A stretch of DNA of 62,922 bases, filler included, from Klebsormidium nitens (GCA_000708835.1; 5 parts of 5 records of this genome joined end to end with filler, not necessarily neighbours in it); one strand, 5' to 3'. Counted from the whole stretch's first letter, positions 22,316 through 33,059 are shown. Numbers and translations: made by a program. Notes: generated by a model not told the origin, from the letters alone.

Positions 22316-23234
22316 TCAGCAATACGCACCCACTTCTAGCAACCTTCCCAATCTCACCCTGCATCGAAAGCTATAAGGCACGGGCTCCACCGGTTCTGCC
22401 TTGCGTTTCTGGGATAGCCGACGCTCACACCGTACCCTGACGATCTCTTGTAGTGCTTTCTCAATCTCGGCCTCAGTCAGGTTCAGCCTGAAGTCGATGC
22501 CAAAGAGGAAAGCCACCTCCAAAGAGTTGAGCTCTTCCACCGATACCCCTCCCACCTCAGCAAAATAGGCGTTTTCATAGGACCTGCAGTCGGAGAAGCA
22601 CACTTGAGAGGTTGCACGCGGTCTTTAGAGACAAAGTACGCGCTTAGCTTTCCAAGAGGACCCCTAAACGAGCGGTGTCTTCATCTGCCGGCTGCCAGTA
22701 CAACTCCCGATGTATTGGGGTGATGTCACAGCCGTTCGATTGACCCGGATGCGGATAAGGCTAGCGAATACGGGACGCTGGATGCCAAACAAGAGAGAAT
22801 AGGCGCCCTTTTAGGGGTTGAAAGACTCACCCGTCATCAAAAAACTTTGAGCTCAGCATGAGGGCTGTCAGGAGCAGGCGGTGGATGTTGGAGGCCGAAA
22901 CAACGTCCACCGGCTCCTTCCTGTTGAGCATTTTGAAGATGTATACACATGCTCCTATCACTGCCACTGGGGAAACGTCGAGATAGCGGCTCAGGTGCTC
23001 TCCATACTTTTGGATTGGAACAGTGGCCGGCCGTTTGCCTTCAAAGATTGACATGCTGGACTCCGAGGTTGGCCCACTGCAAGACAGCTGTGCCCAGCGC
23101 TCGCAGCAGCATGTCAAGAGCTCCTTGCATGCAGAAGCTTCCAGCTCAAATTGAGTCTCTAGCGTGCTGCCCCCCGACCCCATGCAGAGCCGCCTGATGC
23201 GGTGGAGCCAGGTCAGGTATGGGACATCTTCCAT
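22316..23234 (-). CDS. PHO80/CYCU(P)-type cyclin with one intron (22584-22830)
   Basis: FEG.RP..PI..Y..L..Y, NIHRLLLT.LM..SKFFDD|G.Y.NAYFAEVGGVS.EELN.LEV.FL..IDFRL. The intron has GTGAGT...CTGCAG ends and the phases match. Confidence 0.85.
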
Positions 23235-23518
23235 GGTGGTGGAGTTGGTGGTCCTTGTCAAGAGAGATGGAAGAATGAAAGAGTTGCAATACCCACTCCA
23301 AAGAAATTCTGGTCTGGCAGCTGGTGGCGTGGATGGCGGCTGGTGGCGGTCCAGCTGGCAACTGGTGGCGTGTGTGCTGAGTATAAAAGGGTGAAAGGTG
23401 CTCACAAATCATAAAACTCAGTCAAGCGTTTGAGACCAAGAGCAGCAGCAGGACGCCGTCGGCCCCTCGACAAAGTGAGAAGGTGAGCCACCATCCCGCT
23501 CTTTTTTGCTGTCATTTT

Positions 23519-24683
23519 CAGGAGAGACCTTGCATACATACATATCAGCAACTCTCTGGACAGTCCAAAACTTCCATACTACAATCTGTTATATTTCTTT
23601 TCTCCTCCAGGGAAGGAAAATATAACAGANNNNNNNNNNNNNNNNNNNNNNNNNNNNNNNNNNNNNNNNNNNNNNNNNNNNNNNNNNNNNNNNNNNNNNN
23701 NNNNNNNNNNNNNNNNNNNNNNNNNNNNNNNNNNNNNNNNNNNNNNNNNNNNNNNNNNNNNNNNNNNNNNNNNNNNNNNNNNNNNNNNNNNNNNNNNNNN
23801 NNNNNNNNNNNNNNNNNNNNNNNNNNNNNNNNNNNNNNNNNNNNNNNNNNNNNNNNNNNNNNNNNNNNNNNNNNNNNNNNNNNNNNNNNNNNNNNNNNNN
23901 NNNNNNNNNNNNNNNNNNNNNNNNNNNNNNNNNNNNNNNNNNNNNNNNNNNNNNNNNNNNNNNNNNNNNNNNNNNNNNNNNNNNNNNNNNNNNNNNNNNN
24001 NNNNNNNNNNNNNNNNNNNNNNNNNNNNNNNNNNNNNNNNNNNNNNNNNNNNNNNNNNNNNNNNNNNNNNNNNNNNNNNNNNNNNNNNNNNNNNNNNNNN
24101 NNNNNNNNNNNNNNNNNNNNNNNNNNNNNNNNNNNNNNNNNNNNNNNNNNNNNNNNNNNNNNNNNNNNNNNNNNNNNNNNNNNNNNNNNNNNNNNNNNNN
24201 NNNNNNNNNNNNNNNNNNNNNNNNNNNNNNNNNNNNNNNNNNNNNNNNNNNNNNNNNNNNNNNNNNNNNNNNNNNNNNNNNNNNNNNNNNNNNNNNNNNN
24301 NNNNNNNNNNNNNNNNNNNNNNNNNNNNNNNNNNNNNNNNNNNNNNNNNNNNNNNNNNNNNNNNNNNNNNNNNNNNNNNNNNNNNNNNNNNNNNNNNNNN
24401 NNNNNNNNNNNNNNNNNNNNNNNNNNNNNNNNNNNNNNNNNNNNNNNNNNNNNNNNNNNNNNNNNNNNNNNNNNNNNNNNNNNNNNNNNNNNNNNNNNNN
24501 NNNNNNNNNNNNNNNNNNNNNNNNNNNNNNNNNNNNNNNNNNNNNNNNNNNNNNNNNNNNNNNNNNNNAAGAGATGCAATATTGTAGTTGACTTTTTGGA
24601 GAAGAGAATATAACAGATTAGTAGTACAGAGGTTCCCCTTTGGTTCCCAGTTGCCGGTATGTATGTATGTAAGGCCTTCCCTG
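23519..24683. mobile_element. TIR-bounded DNA element, interior mostly N gap
   Basis: Left end CAGGAGAGACCTTGCATACATACATATCAGCAACT...TACTACAATCTGTTATATT is an imperfect inverted repeat of the right end. AATATAACAGA subrepeats flank the gap. No clear TSD. Confidence 0.7.
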
Positions 24684-24720
24684 AATGGGGTTTGCACAAT
24701 TTTTCTTCTGTATGTTAAAC

Positions 24721-26291
24721 ATGGATAAGGCAATCAACCTGCGTACCAACAAGCTGATAGCTGCAGCTGGCTCTGCATCCGGGGCCATTGTATGGGCGCG
24801 CCCTGCGGACCGCAGCAGGCCAGATGGAAACTGGGTGGCCAGCAAGTACTATGCTTCCACAGTCGACCCAGACAAGATCAAACCGTCAGATGCCAGCGAT
24901 GCCACTACTGAGCTGCTGCTCTACCGGTACACCAACCACTTCCTGGAGGACGGTGCCACACCTCATGTGTGCCAGATGTTTGAGCATCTTCGTCACCCCA
25001 ACGCAAAGGCCAACCTGGCCAACGCGAATGTGCTCAACATGGTTCAGAAGAAGAGTAGACAGGCCGCTGCCGCGATACGGTCTGGCAAAGAGTACATGAT
25101 CCTGATCTGGCAATCAGCTTGGCCGACGCGCTGTTCTCAAGCGATGGCAGCCCTGCATTGCTGAGCGAGAGGCAGCTTGCCATGGTCATCTTCCAGGTCC
25201 TTTACACCATTGAGTGCATGACAAGAACCGGCATCATGCATCTCGACCTCCACTTGGGCAACGTCATGCTGTATCCGGAGCCTGCTGATGATTCCAAGGT
25301 ACGCGCTTACGAGTATGTGAGCTGGGACCTTCGCAGGTACGTCTTTTACGTGCCGTACTACGGTTGGCTTCCAAAGATCTTTGATTTTGACCATGGCGTG
25401 AAGCATGCCTGTCCCAACAACACGGCAATGCACCTCGGCCGTTTGAAGCCACACTATGCGGCCGGTGTCGCGAACCGTTTCCTCATGGACGTCGGGCTTT
25501 CTTATATATTCGAACCCTTTTGCAGGGGGTTGGACGCGCGTGTAGACGCACACAAGTTCCTTCTCCACCTCTTGACGATGTCAGGTGTCCCAAGGCAGAC
25601 AAGGAGGGGAACGTTTGTGGTCCATGATCCCTACGAGTGGGGCCGCTCACCCACTGGCTTCTCTCCGGTGAGAAAGTGGGTCCAAATCGCAAAGCTGCTG
25701 AAAAGGTGGACAAGTTTTGATTCCTTCAATGCGTGCTCCGAACAGACTTTCAACCTTGCAAGTGCTGTTCCGCAGCAGGTTGCAACAGACTTCCAAAGAG
25801 ACCCGAGGCGTTCCCAGACGTTTGATGCTCAGATCCACACCACATATTCATCATGCTTCCACTACAACTACCCCATCTCGTTGTCTGACGAGGTTGACCC
25901 GTCAGCGTTGAGGCTAAAGTGTGTGTTTCCAAAATCCAGCAAGATCGACCTTTCCCAGGCAGGTGCGGGGAGCGCAAACGACGTTCTCCAAGAGTATGCA
26001 GAGTATAACATCGTCGATACGATCGATCTCGCAGGGCGCACCGTAGTAGAGGCGTGCAGCATACAGAGGCTCTTTGAGGCCCCCGCAAGCCCACTCCCTG
26101 GCCCTGGCAAGGTCTGCCCTCAGCCAAACCTCGCAGGCCCCCCGTTGCAGATGAACATCAGAAACGCTCAGGTGCGGTCCAACAACAATGGGGTGACAGA
26201 TATGGATGTGGACGAACCGGACCCTGTTGTACCGCAGCTTAACCCGGACGCAGGGGAGCAAAACGAGGCAATCCCCATGACTATTGTGTAA
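24721..26291 (+). pseudogene. NCLDV-type Ser/Thr protein kinase, frameshift near 25110-25121
   Basis: IFQVLYTI..M...GIMHLDLHLGNV and KIFDFD motifs; the N-lobe GASGAIV lies in a different frame. Confidence 0.72.
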
Positions 26292-26611
26292 TAGACCACA
26301 CGTACTGGCTATGCATCCGCGACGTAAGGGTGTTATTCTTCCTACTCGCGCGAAAGGAAGACAATGATTGGCCCGTCGTGCGATAATTACACGCGTCGAT
26401 CCGCAATCAACAGGGTTTGAGGGTTTAGAGGACTTTTGATCTCGGCCGTCGATTTCTTATCGTGTCAGTAGCCAATCGCGTTAAAAAACCTATCCGCTTG
26501 AACCGTAGTGTGCTGCCTAGTACGTCCCAGCTCTTGCATAATCTTTCCCGCATCCGCGGCTAAAGTACGGTTAAAGCGAGGCAACCCAAGTGAGGCCACG
26601 GTATCTTCATA

Positions 26612-27094
26612 ATGAGTCGGGACGAAAGGTTGATCAAGGCGTTGGAGGATCTTCAAAAGCGGCAGGACGCAAGAAGGAATGAGCGGAAAGACTTGAGGGC
26701 GAGCCTGACCCAGTTTTTGAACATCTTTTTGGGTGTTGCGGGCATCATCTTTGGTGCACTTGCCCAGTCTTCAAGGTTGACATGCCAGCATGTCTGGATA
26801 CCTAGCGTGCTGCTGACTCTGGCAGGCGGAGTGACTTCAGCAGGGGTCTGGAGCAGGTTGGAACGAATCCGTGAGCTAGAAAAGAGGATAGGCATCCGGG
26901 AGGAAGAAATCAGCAATGTTACGTTACAGGTCCAAGAGATAAAGCTGGGTCTGCCTCCTCGTGACCACATTCTACAGATAGCGCCTGACAAGAGCCACTG
27001 GATCTCGAGTACTCCGGAAAGGGGTCCCTTTGCCTGCATTGTGCTCACTTACATATTCTTGATTGCTGCCAGCATCCACGTTCTATGTTTATGA
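26612..27094 (+). CDS. Multi-TM coiled-coil hypothetical protein
   Basis: Coil - 2 TM - coil - TM pattern. Confidence 0.5.
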   Translation: MSRDERLIKALEDLQKRQDARRNERKDLRASLTQFLNIFLGVAGIIFGALAQSSRLTCQHVWIPSVLLTLAGGVTSAGVWSRLERIRELEKRIGIREEEISNVTLQVQEIKLGLPPRDHILQIAPDKSHWISSTPERGPFACIVLTYIFLIAASIHVLCL

Positions 27095-27140
27095 GGAAGT
27101 TATAGGCTTGGATAAGGCATGTTTACTGTGTCAGCCAACC

Positions 27141-27605
27141 ATGACAAGTTTGTTCAAGAAGCCGGGGACTACAGTCACAGCTCACTACAAGAATGAGCTG
27201 GACCGTCCAATTCTCATATGTGGTCCTAGAGATGGAAGAGTGGGGGAGACAAAAGACTTTGTCGGCTTGGGGGAAATTGAGAGCGGCCAGGCCCACACAT
27301 TTCGATGTACAATTCCAAAGGACTGGTACACTCATCTGTTACGGTCACCAGAGGTTCCGGACTACTTTGCAACAAAAGTATGCGGTGAATGGAAAGTTTT
27401 TCACGTTGCCCATCGTGAAGAAGTTGCATCCTGGGACACTGTGGTAACTTGGGAAAAAAATGGGACAACGTCACATGATGTAGTAGTCATAAAGCATCCA
27501 CATCAAGAGTGGAAAGTTAATGTTAGAGAAGCAAATCTAGTAAGTATCTTGTTGATTGATGTTGATTCTCTAGGTAGTCCTTTGACATTTCAATTCAGAC
27601 CATGA
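27141..27605 (+). CDS. Hypothetical protein
   Basis: Intact ATG-started ORF of ~154 aa with no recognised motif. Confidence 0.45.
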   Translation: MTSLFKKPGTTVTAHYKNELDRPILICGPRDGRVGETKDFVGLGEIESGQAHTFRCTIPKDWYTHLLRSPEVPDYFATKVCGEWKVFHVAHREEVASWDTVVTWEKNGTTSHDVVVIKHPHQEWKVNVREANLVSILLIDVDSLGSPLTFQFRP

Positions 27606-28382
27606 TCGAGTCCTTCTCCATGCACCCATTTTGCCCCATACAAGCCACTTTTTTGAAGTTCGTCCAATCAAGCCACCTTAGCATGCCGTTTTAGCATGCC
27701 ATATCCCACAGACCAGCTTTCACTGCTAGTGTAGCATGACGCGCTCTGTATGTGGCGTCATGCCAGCCAACATACAACTCTGATTATTCAGAGCGCATCA
27801 TGGAAACGCATAGTGACTTTATCTAAAGAAAGCGGTATTGAGGATACATCATCAGTACGATCAGTCAAAATCTGCGGAGCACGTCATGAGAGCAAGTTCA
27901 CAATGACCCTATTAGAGAGAACGTTATGGAAGATGCTAAATAATCTTATCTGCAGCCTGATGCATCACAAGAGCGAGTCATGAGCCAAGGTGCAGGCATA
28001 TTTGGTGTGAGTACCTGTTTGTTGTGCATGTTCCCCGCTTTTCATCCTGACACATGCTCTGCAAAGATTGTTGTGTGCATGCATCATATTCACCAGTTCT
28101 TAGTAGGGAGATTGGTGATGCTTCTCAAGCCCAGCTCTATAATGAAGCACATATGACACAGCAAGTAGCCAGTGTAGTTTACAAATGAAGGCAAACCACC
28201 AAAGCATTCATTGCTTATGCATGTCATGATATTGCTCACATGCGGCTCGAGGAGATTCGATCTGCTGCCGCATTAATGCCGCTCTGTTGAATAATTCCAC
28301 ACATGTGGTCTCTACATGCTAACTGACTTGCCAGCATCGGTTGGATCATCCAAATCTTTTTGAATGCCAAAGCATACTCTGT

Positions 28383-29159
28383 ATGGCAGTAGGGGATTTC
28401 AATATCAAAAAGTTTGATCTGAACAAGATCAAGGACCATAAGTCCATCGTTATCATCGGTCGCAGAGGTACGGGGAAGACGACATTGATCACCGATATCC
28501 TATATCGCAAGCGCGATTTACCAGCAGGGCTCGTGATGTCAGGCACGGAGGACGGGAACAGCTACTATCGACAATTCATTCCCGACACTTTTATCTATGG
28601 AGCATATGACGAAGATGTCATTTGTAAGCTCATTGCCCGCCAAAAGAATATGAAACGCTTGAATGCTAAGCACTCGGAGTGCTTCCTTCTCCTCGACGAT
28701 TGCCTTTTCAACCCCAAGATACTAAAGGGTGATACAATGCGCTTCCTGTTCATGAATGGGAGGCACTTCAACATCACGCTCATCCTTGCGGCACAATGGG
28801 TGATGGACATCCCCCCAGCAATCCGTGCCAACAGTGACTACGTGTTTGTTTTCAATGACCCAATCGTGAACAACCGCAAGCGCTTCTTTGAGCACTACTT
28901 TGGGGTCTTTAGATCGTTTCAGCAATTTGAGGCTGTCTACAAGGCATGCACTTCAGACTTTGAGTGCATGGTTCTGGACAACACTTTGCAATCTTCCAAC
29001 CCGGAGGACTGCATCTTCTGGTACAAGGCGCAGATCCACAAGCCCTTCAAGCTCGGTGCGCCAGAATACTGGTCCTTCCACAAAAAGTGCTACGGTCAGG
29101 AGGATAACAAGTCCTCCATCACTGAGGTGAACGGAGTGAGAATCCGAAAGTCAAAGTAG
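28383..29159 (+). CDS. A32: Virion DNA-packaging ATPase (poxvirus A32 family)
   Basis: IIGRRGTGKT (Walker A), LLLDDCL (Walker B), FMNGRHFNI, QW.MD.PP.IRAN.DY and YECMVLDN-like motifs. Confidence 0.95.
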   Translation: MAVGDFNIKKFDLNKIKDHKSIVIIGRRGTGKTTLITDILYRKRDLPAGLVMSGTEDGNSYYRQFIPDTFIYGAYDEDVICKLIARQKNMKRLNAKHSECFLLLDDCLFNPKILKGDTMRFLFMNGRHFNITLILAAQWVMDIPPAIRANSDYVFVFNDPIVNNRKRFFEHYFGVFRSFQQFEAVYKACTSDFECMVLDNTLQSSNPEDCIFWYKAQIHKPFKLGAPEYWSFHKKCYGQEDNKSSITEVNGVRIRKSK

Positions 29160-29163
29160 TACG

Positions 29164-30030
29164 TCAAGCTGTCAACTCACCAATGTCGGGCAAGTACATT
29201 GTCTGCTTGTTGCTGAACACGGGCAGCGTTCCGTGATTCGTGATGCGGATCAAGGCCTGCCTAGCAGCCTCTTGCTCGGCCGCTTTCTTCTTCAAGTCGG
29301 ATCCTGTGCCCATGAAGGAACCTCCAATGCTTACATTCACATGAAACACCCTCATGTGGTCCGGCCCACAGGCAGCAATCACCTGATACTGCGGCATGAA
29401 GTCTGATTGGGCTCGGCTGATACCATCTGAAGCCACCGCATTGCTCCAGACCGCTTGCATGTGCCGCATGAGAACGTCCTTGAAGTTGCAATCCTTCTCA
29501 ACCTCATCAAAGTCCTTTTGGTCGAGCATAGGGTACACAAAGTCTCTGCACGCTGCAATACCTTGATCAACAAACAGGGCTCCCAGGAATGCCTCGAATG
29601 TGTCCTCGAGCTTGCTCGGATTCAGGTACCACTCCTGGTCCATGGCCTTCCGGTTCATCATGATGTGGTTCTGGAGACCCAGCTGCAAAGCCCAAGCGGA
29701 CAGGGCGGCCCCACAGACCAACTTGGTTCGTATTCGGGTGATGAAGCCCTCGTCGCACAGAGGGTATCGGTCGTAGATATACTTTGTCACCACCAGGCTA
29801 AGCACAGAGTCACCCATGAGTTCAAGCCGTTCGTTTGAACCATGAGTGGCTTTGTATTCCTTTAAGGTGCTCTTGTGGGTGAAAGCCGTTATGTACTCGT
29901 CCAGATCGGAGATGCGCAGCGGGGGTGCGTCGGGGTTCCGAAACTTGTTCAGGATTGCCTCAACGTTTGCCCGGTTGATTCCCCGCTCTGCTGCCAGCTC
30001 GCGGATGTCCCGTTTGGCCTCGCTCGTCAT
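29164..30030 (-). CDS. rnc: Ribonuclease III with dsRBD
   Basis: AFTHKS, NERLELMGDSVL, LEDTFEAFLGA, GPDH...F, G.GS..KK.AEQ.AA. Confidence 0.93.
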   Translation of the reverse strand: MTSEAKRDIRELAAERGINRANVEAILNKFRNPDAPPLRISDLDEYITAFTHKSTLKEYKATHGSNERLELMGDSVLSLVVTKYIYDRYPLCDEGFITRIRTKLVCGAALSAWALQLGLQNHIMMNRKAMDQEWYLNPSKLEDTFEAFLGALFVDQGIAACRDFVYPMLDQKDFDEVEKDCNFKDVLMRHMQAVWSNAVASDGISRAQSDFMPQYQVIAACGPDHMRVFHVNVSIGGSFMGTGSDLKKKAAEQEAARQALIRITNHGTLPVFSNKQTMYLPDIGELTA

Positions 30031-30082
30031 CCTGTACTCTTACCAAGTAAAAAGTGGCAGGTGCCAAACGAAGGTTCCTTCT

Positions 30083-31637
30083 TTACATGACCCGCACCAG
30101 ATGCTGCAGGGTGTCGAACGTGGGTTTCGGGCGACGGCTGGCAGAGTATGTACCGTTACACCAGAATGTGCCCCCCTCCCCTCGCATGCAGTCAAACAGC
30201 CTTGCGTCAATTGCCTTGATGTACTTTCTCGGGGGCCCGTTCTCATTCCTTGCATCCTTTGGTGAAAGGTGACTGACAGTCAGGCCTGTGGCTGTTGGGA
30301 TATTGCTCTTCACTTGAGGTGCAGGCTGTGCAGCTGGAAGCACCTTCAGTACATTGACGCTGTTTAGAGACCCTGTGACGGTTGAATGAGGCGCCCTGAC
30401 TGGCTGATTAGGAATATTCATGCCTGCTGGAACAGGCCGGGCATTTGCAACGGGCGTTTGATGGCTTGGAGGCTTTGGTACGGCTTTAGCAGGTGCAGCA
30501 AGTTGAGGGCCTGGGATGGGTCGTGGTGGCGCAGGTTGTGCAGCTTTCTGAATTGCAAGAGCGGTGACTGGCCTCTGCGTCGCCGCTGGGGTTCGAGGCA
30601 CAGAAAAAGCACCCCTTGGTGGCGGGGCCGGCCTCTGACCTAGAGGAGGGGTTTTAGCCTGTGGAGGAATTGTGGCAGCGCTTCGGGCTGAAGGACGGAG
30701 CTGTGCAGATTTCGGGGCGGGCTTTTGGAGCTGAGGAGGGAGCTTCGACAATGGCGCAGGCTTTGGAATGGTTTTCTGAGCTGGTTGGGAAGGTTTTGCA
30801 ACGGCTCTCTGGATTGGAGGAGGAGGCGCAGCTTTTGGGGGCAGCTTCGATGCTGCTGACGGTGGCTTTGCAGCAAGACCTATAGGAGGAGGCTTCGCAA
30901 AAGGCTTTGGAGGAGGTTTCGCAATGGGCTTCGGAAGCGGGGCGGGACGCGGTAGTGGAGCAGTCTTCCCAATTGGCTTCGGAGGTGGGGGCTTCGCAAT
31001 GGGCTTTGGAGGCGGGGGCTTCGCAATGGGCTTCGGAGGTGGGGGCTTTGCAATGGGCTTTGGAGGCGGGGGCTTTGCAATGGGCTTTGGAGGNNNNNNN
31101 NNNNNNNNNNNNNNNNNNNNNNNNNNNNNNNNNNNNNNNNNNNNNNNNNNNNNNNNNNNNNNNNNNNNNNNNNNNNNNNNNNNNNNNNNNNNNNNNCTTC
31201 GCAACAGGCTTTGGAGGAGCTGGAGGCGGCCTCGAAGGGGAGGGGACCTTCACAGCAGGCTTTGAAGAAGCTGTAGGTGGCCTCGAAGTAGGAGGAGGAG
31301 GAAGCTTCGCAGCAGGTGCAGGAGGGGGGCGCAGAGTGGGCGCAGGAGGAGGGGGGCGTACAACAGGCACAGGAGGTGCGCGCAAAGGTTGTGGTGGAGG
31401 GGCGCGTATGGGTGGTACAGGAGGTGGCCGTACAGCAGGCACAGGAGGGGCGCGCGAAGGTGGAGGGGCGCGTACGGGCAGTACAGGCTGTGCAGGAGGT
31501 GGCCGTGCAGGCGGCGTCGGAGGTGCACGCGCAGGCGGTCTACTCGCAAAGTGTTCTGCACGAGCTCTGTCTGCAGTCAGGATGTACAGCAGAGCCAACA
31601 CTATAAGCAGGCCACAGATTGTGGGCAGCGATTCCAT
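30083..31637 (-). CDS. Membrane-anchored Pro-rich (extensin/PAPK-like) protein spanning a gap
   Basis: N-terminal TM followed by EHF, poly-Pro repeats, 27-bp tandem KPIAKPPPP units, and a short non-repetitive C-terminus. Confidence 0.7.
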
Positions 31638-31769
31638 GCATCTCTACCACTTAGGGCAGGAAATGTTTGCCCCAAAGCTGACCGGGAGCGTGCACTTAAA
31701 TTTAGCCACACCTTCAAAGTACGTGTACTTAGGGCTAACGAGATTGTCAAGAAAGCATAGCTTTTTGAG

Positions 31770-33059
31770 ATGGCTGCCGTGACCAGTACGGTTGGCGACA
31801 AGCGCAAGCACAGCCTGGTCGACAGTCAGGAGGAGTTTGTCTGTGATTCCCCAGGTTGCTCACGATCCTTTACAGCCAAGCGTTACTTGAGTATCCACCA
31901 GCGCTCGCACTCGAAGACGAATGCTCCTCTTGCAAGTCTTGAGGGATGGAAGCAGCACTTCAAGTACAAGCACATCTTTCGTATCCCTGACGGCCGAGTA
32001 TGGAACACCCAACTCGGGAGCTTCCAGAAGGGGACCAGGTCAGACGGGTACACGGCACTACGTATTGAGGGGAAAGTGGTCAAGAGACACCGCCTCAACT
32101 TCGAGATTGCCACCGGAAGAGCGATCAAGCCCGGTATGGAGATAGATCACATCGTGGCTTCACCCAGACCTACGGATGGGTCCGATCCACCTCCTCAAGA
32201 CGACAAATGGACGAATCTGCAAGAGCTGACCAGGGCAGAACACAGACGGAAGACTTTAGTGGATAATCCTGGAATACATAAGAAGGTCAGTGTTGCACAA
32301 GGCTTCCCATTGATTGCCCTTCAAGTCAGCACTGGTAAGGAGACTCGATTCAATTCCATCGGCGAAGCTGCAAGGACGTTGGGGCTTCACCACAACTCCA
32401 TTGGCAGGCGGATTCTCCGGGGGTCCACCAAGGGGCCGAGGGGCTACATATTTCGCTGGTGCCCTGAGCACCTCGCCGAGCAGTCGGACCAACCAGGCGA
32501 AGTATGGAAAGATGCCATTTTTGCGGGGCAGCTAATCAAGGACGTCAGGGTGAGCAATATGGGACGGGTACAAATGCGCGATGGAAGGCGGACGAAGGGG
32601 CAGATACGGAACGGTCGACATAGGATCAATCTACATGTTCAAGGGCAGAAGATCTCGTTTGCTTACGTGCTTGTGGCCAACACATTCCTGGGCGATCGAC
32701 CAAGTCCTGAGCACACGGTCGACCACATTGATGGCAACTCTCTCAATGACGTTCTCGAGAACCTACGCTGGGCAACAAAGGTGGAGCAAGCACGGAATCA
32801 AAAGAGGAATACGGCTGTTGTCAAGTATGACCTTGAAGGAAACGTCCTTCAAATATATGAGACCATTGCACAAGCTGTACAGGATAGTGGTTTGACGCTT
32901 GGTCGCTTAACATATGCTACAAGGACAGGTGGAAAGAAGACCGGCTTTCTGTGGACTCGGAAGAACAATGTCTTGTTACGCTCATGCTGTCACAGCCAAA
33001 TCAAAAACCCTCACAATCACATTCGCACAAAATGGGTCCTGGTGGCTCCCCAATGTTGA
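31770..33059 (+). CDS. C2H2 zinc finger plus tandem HNH/NUMOD endonuclease (copy 2)
   Basis: CDSPGCSRSFTAKRYLSIHQRSH, EIDHI..WTNLQEL, TFLG..TVDHIDGN...NLRWAT. Colinear with copy 1. Confidence 0.85.
   Translation: MAAVTSTVGDKRKHSLVDSQEEFVCDSPGCSRSFTAKRYLSIHQRSHSKTNAPLASLEGWKQHFKYKHIFRIPDGRVWNTQLGSFQKGTRSDGYTALRIEGKVVKRHRLNFEIATGRAIKPGMEIDHIVASPRPTDGSDPPPQDDKWTNLQELTRAEHRRKTLVDNPGIHKKVSVAQGFPLIALQVSTGKETRFNSIGEAARTLGLHHNSIGRRILRGSTKGPRGYIFRWCPEHLAEQSDQPGEVWKDAIFAGQLIKDVRVSNMGRVQMRDGRRTKGQIRNGRHRINLHVQGQKISFAYVLVANTFLGDRPSPEHTVDHIDGNSLNDVLENLRWATKVEQARNQKRNTAVVKYDLEGNVLQIYETIAQAVQDSGLTLGRLTYATRTGGKKTGFLWTRKNNVLLRSCCHSQIKNPHNHIRTKWVLVAPQC

Noticed and set aside
23483-24733. ORFs made mostly of X (also near 1-2, 40, 41.7 and 52 kb)
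   Set aside because: Artefacts of translating N gaps.
26419-26440. Telomeric or interstitial telomere array (AGGGTTTGAGGGTTTAG)
   Set aside because: Only about two degenerate units, not distinguishable from chance.
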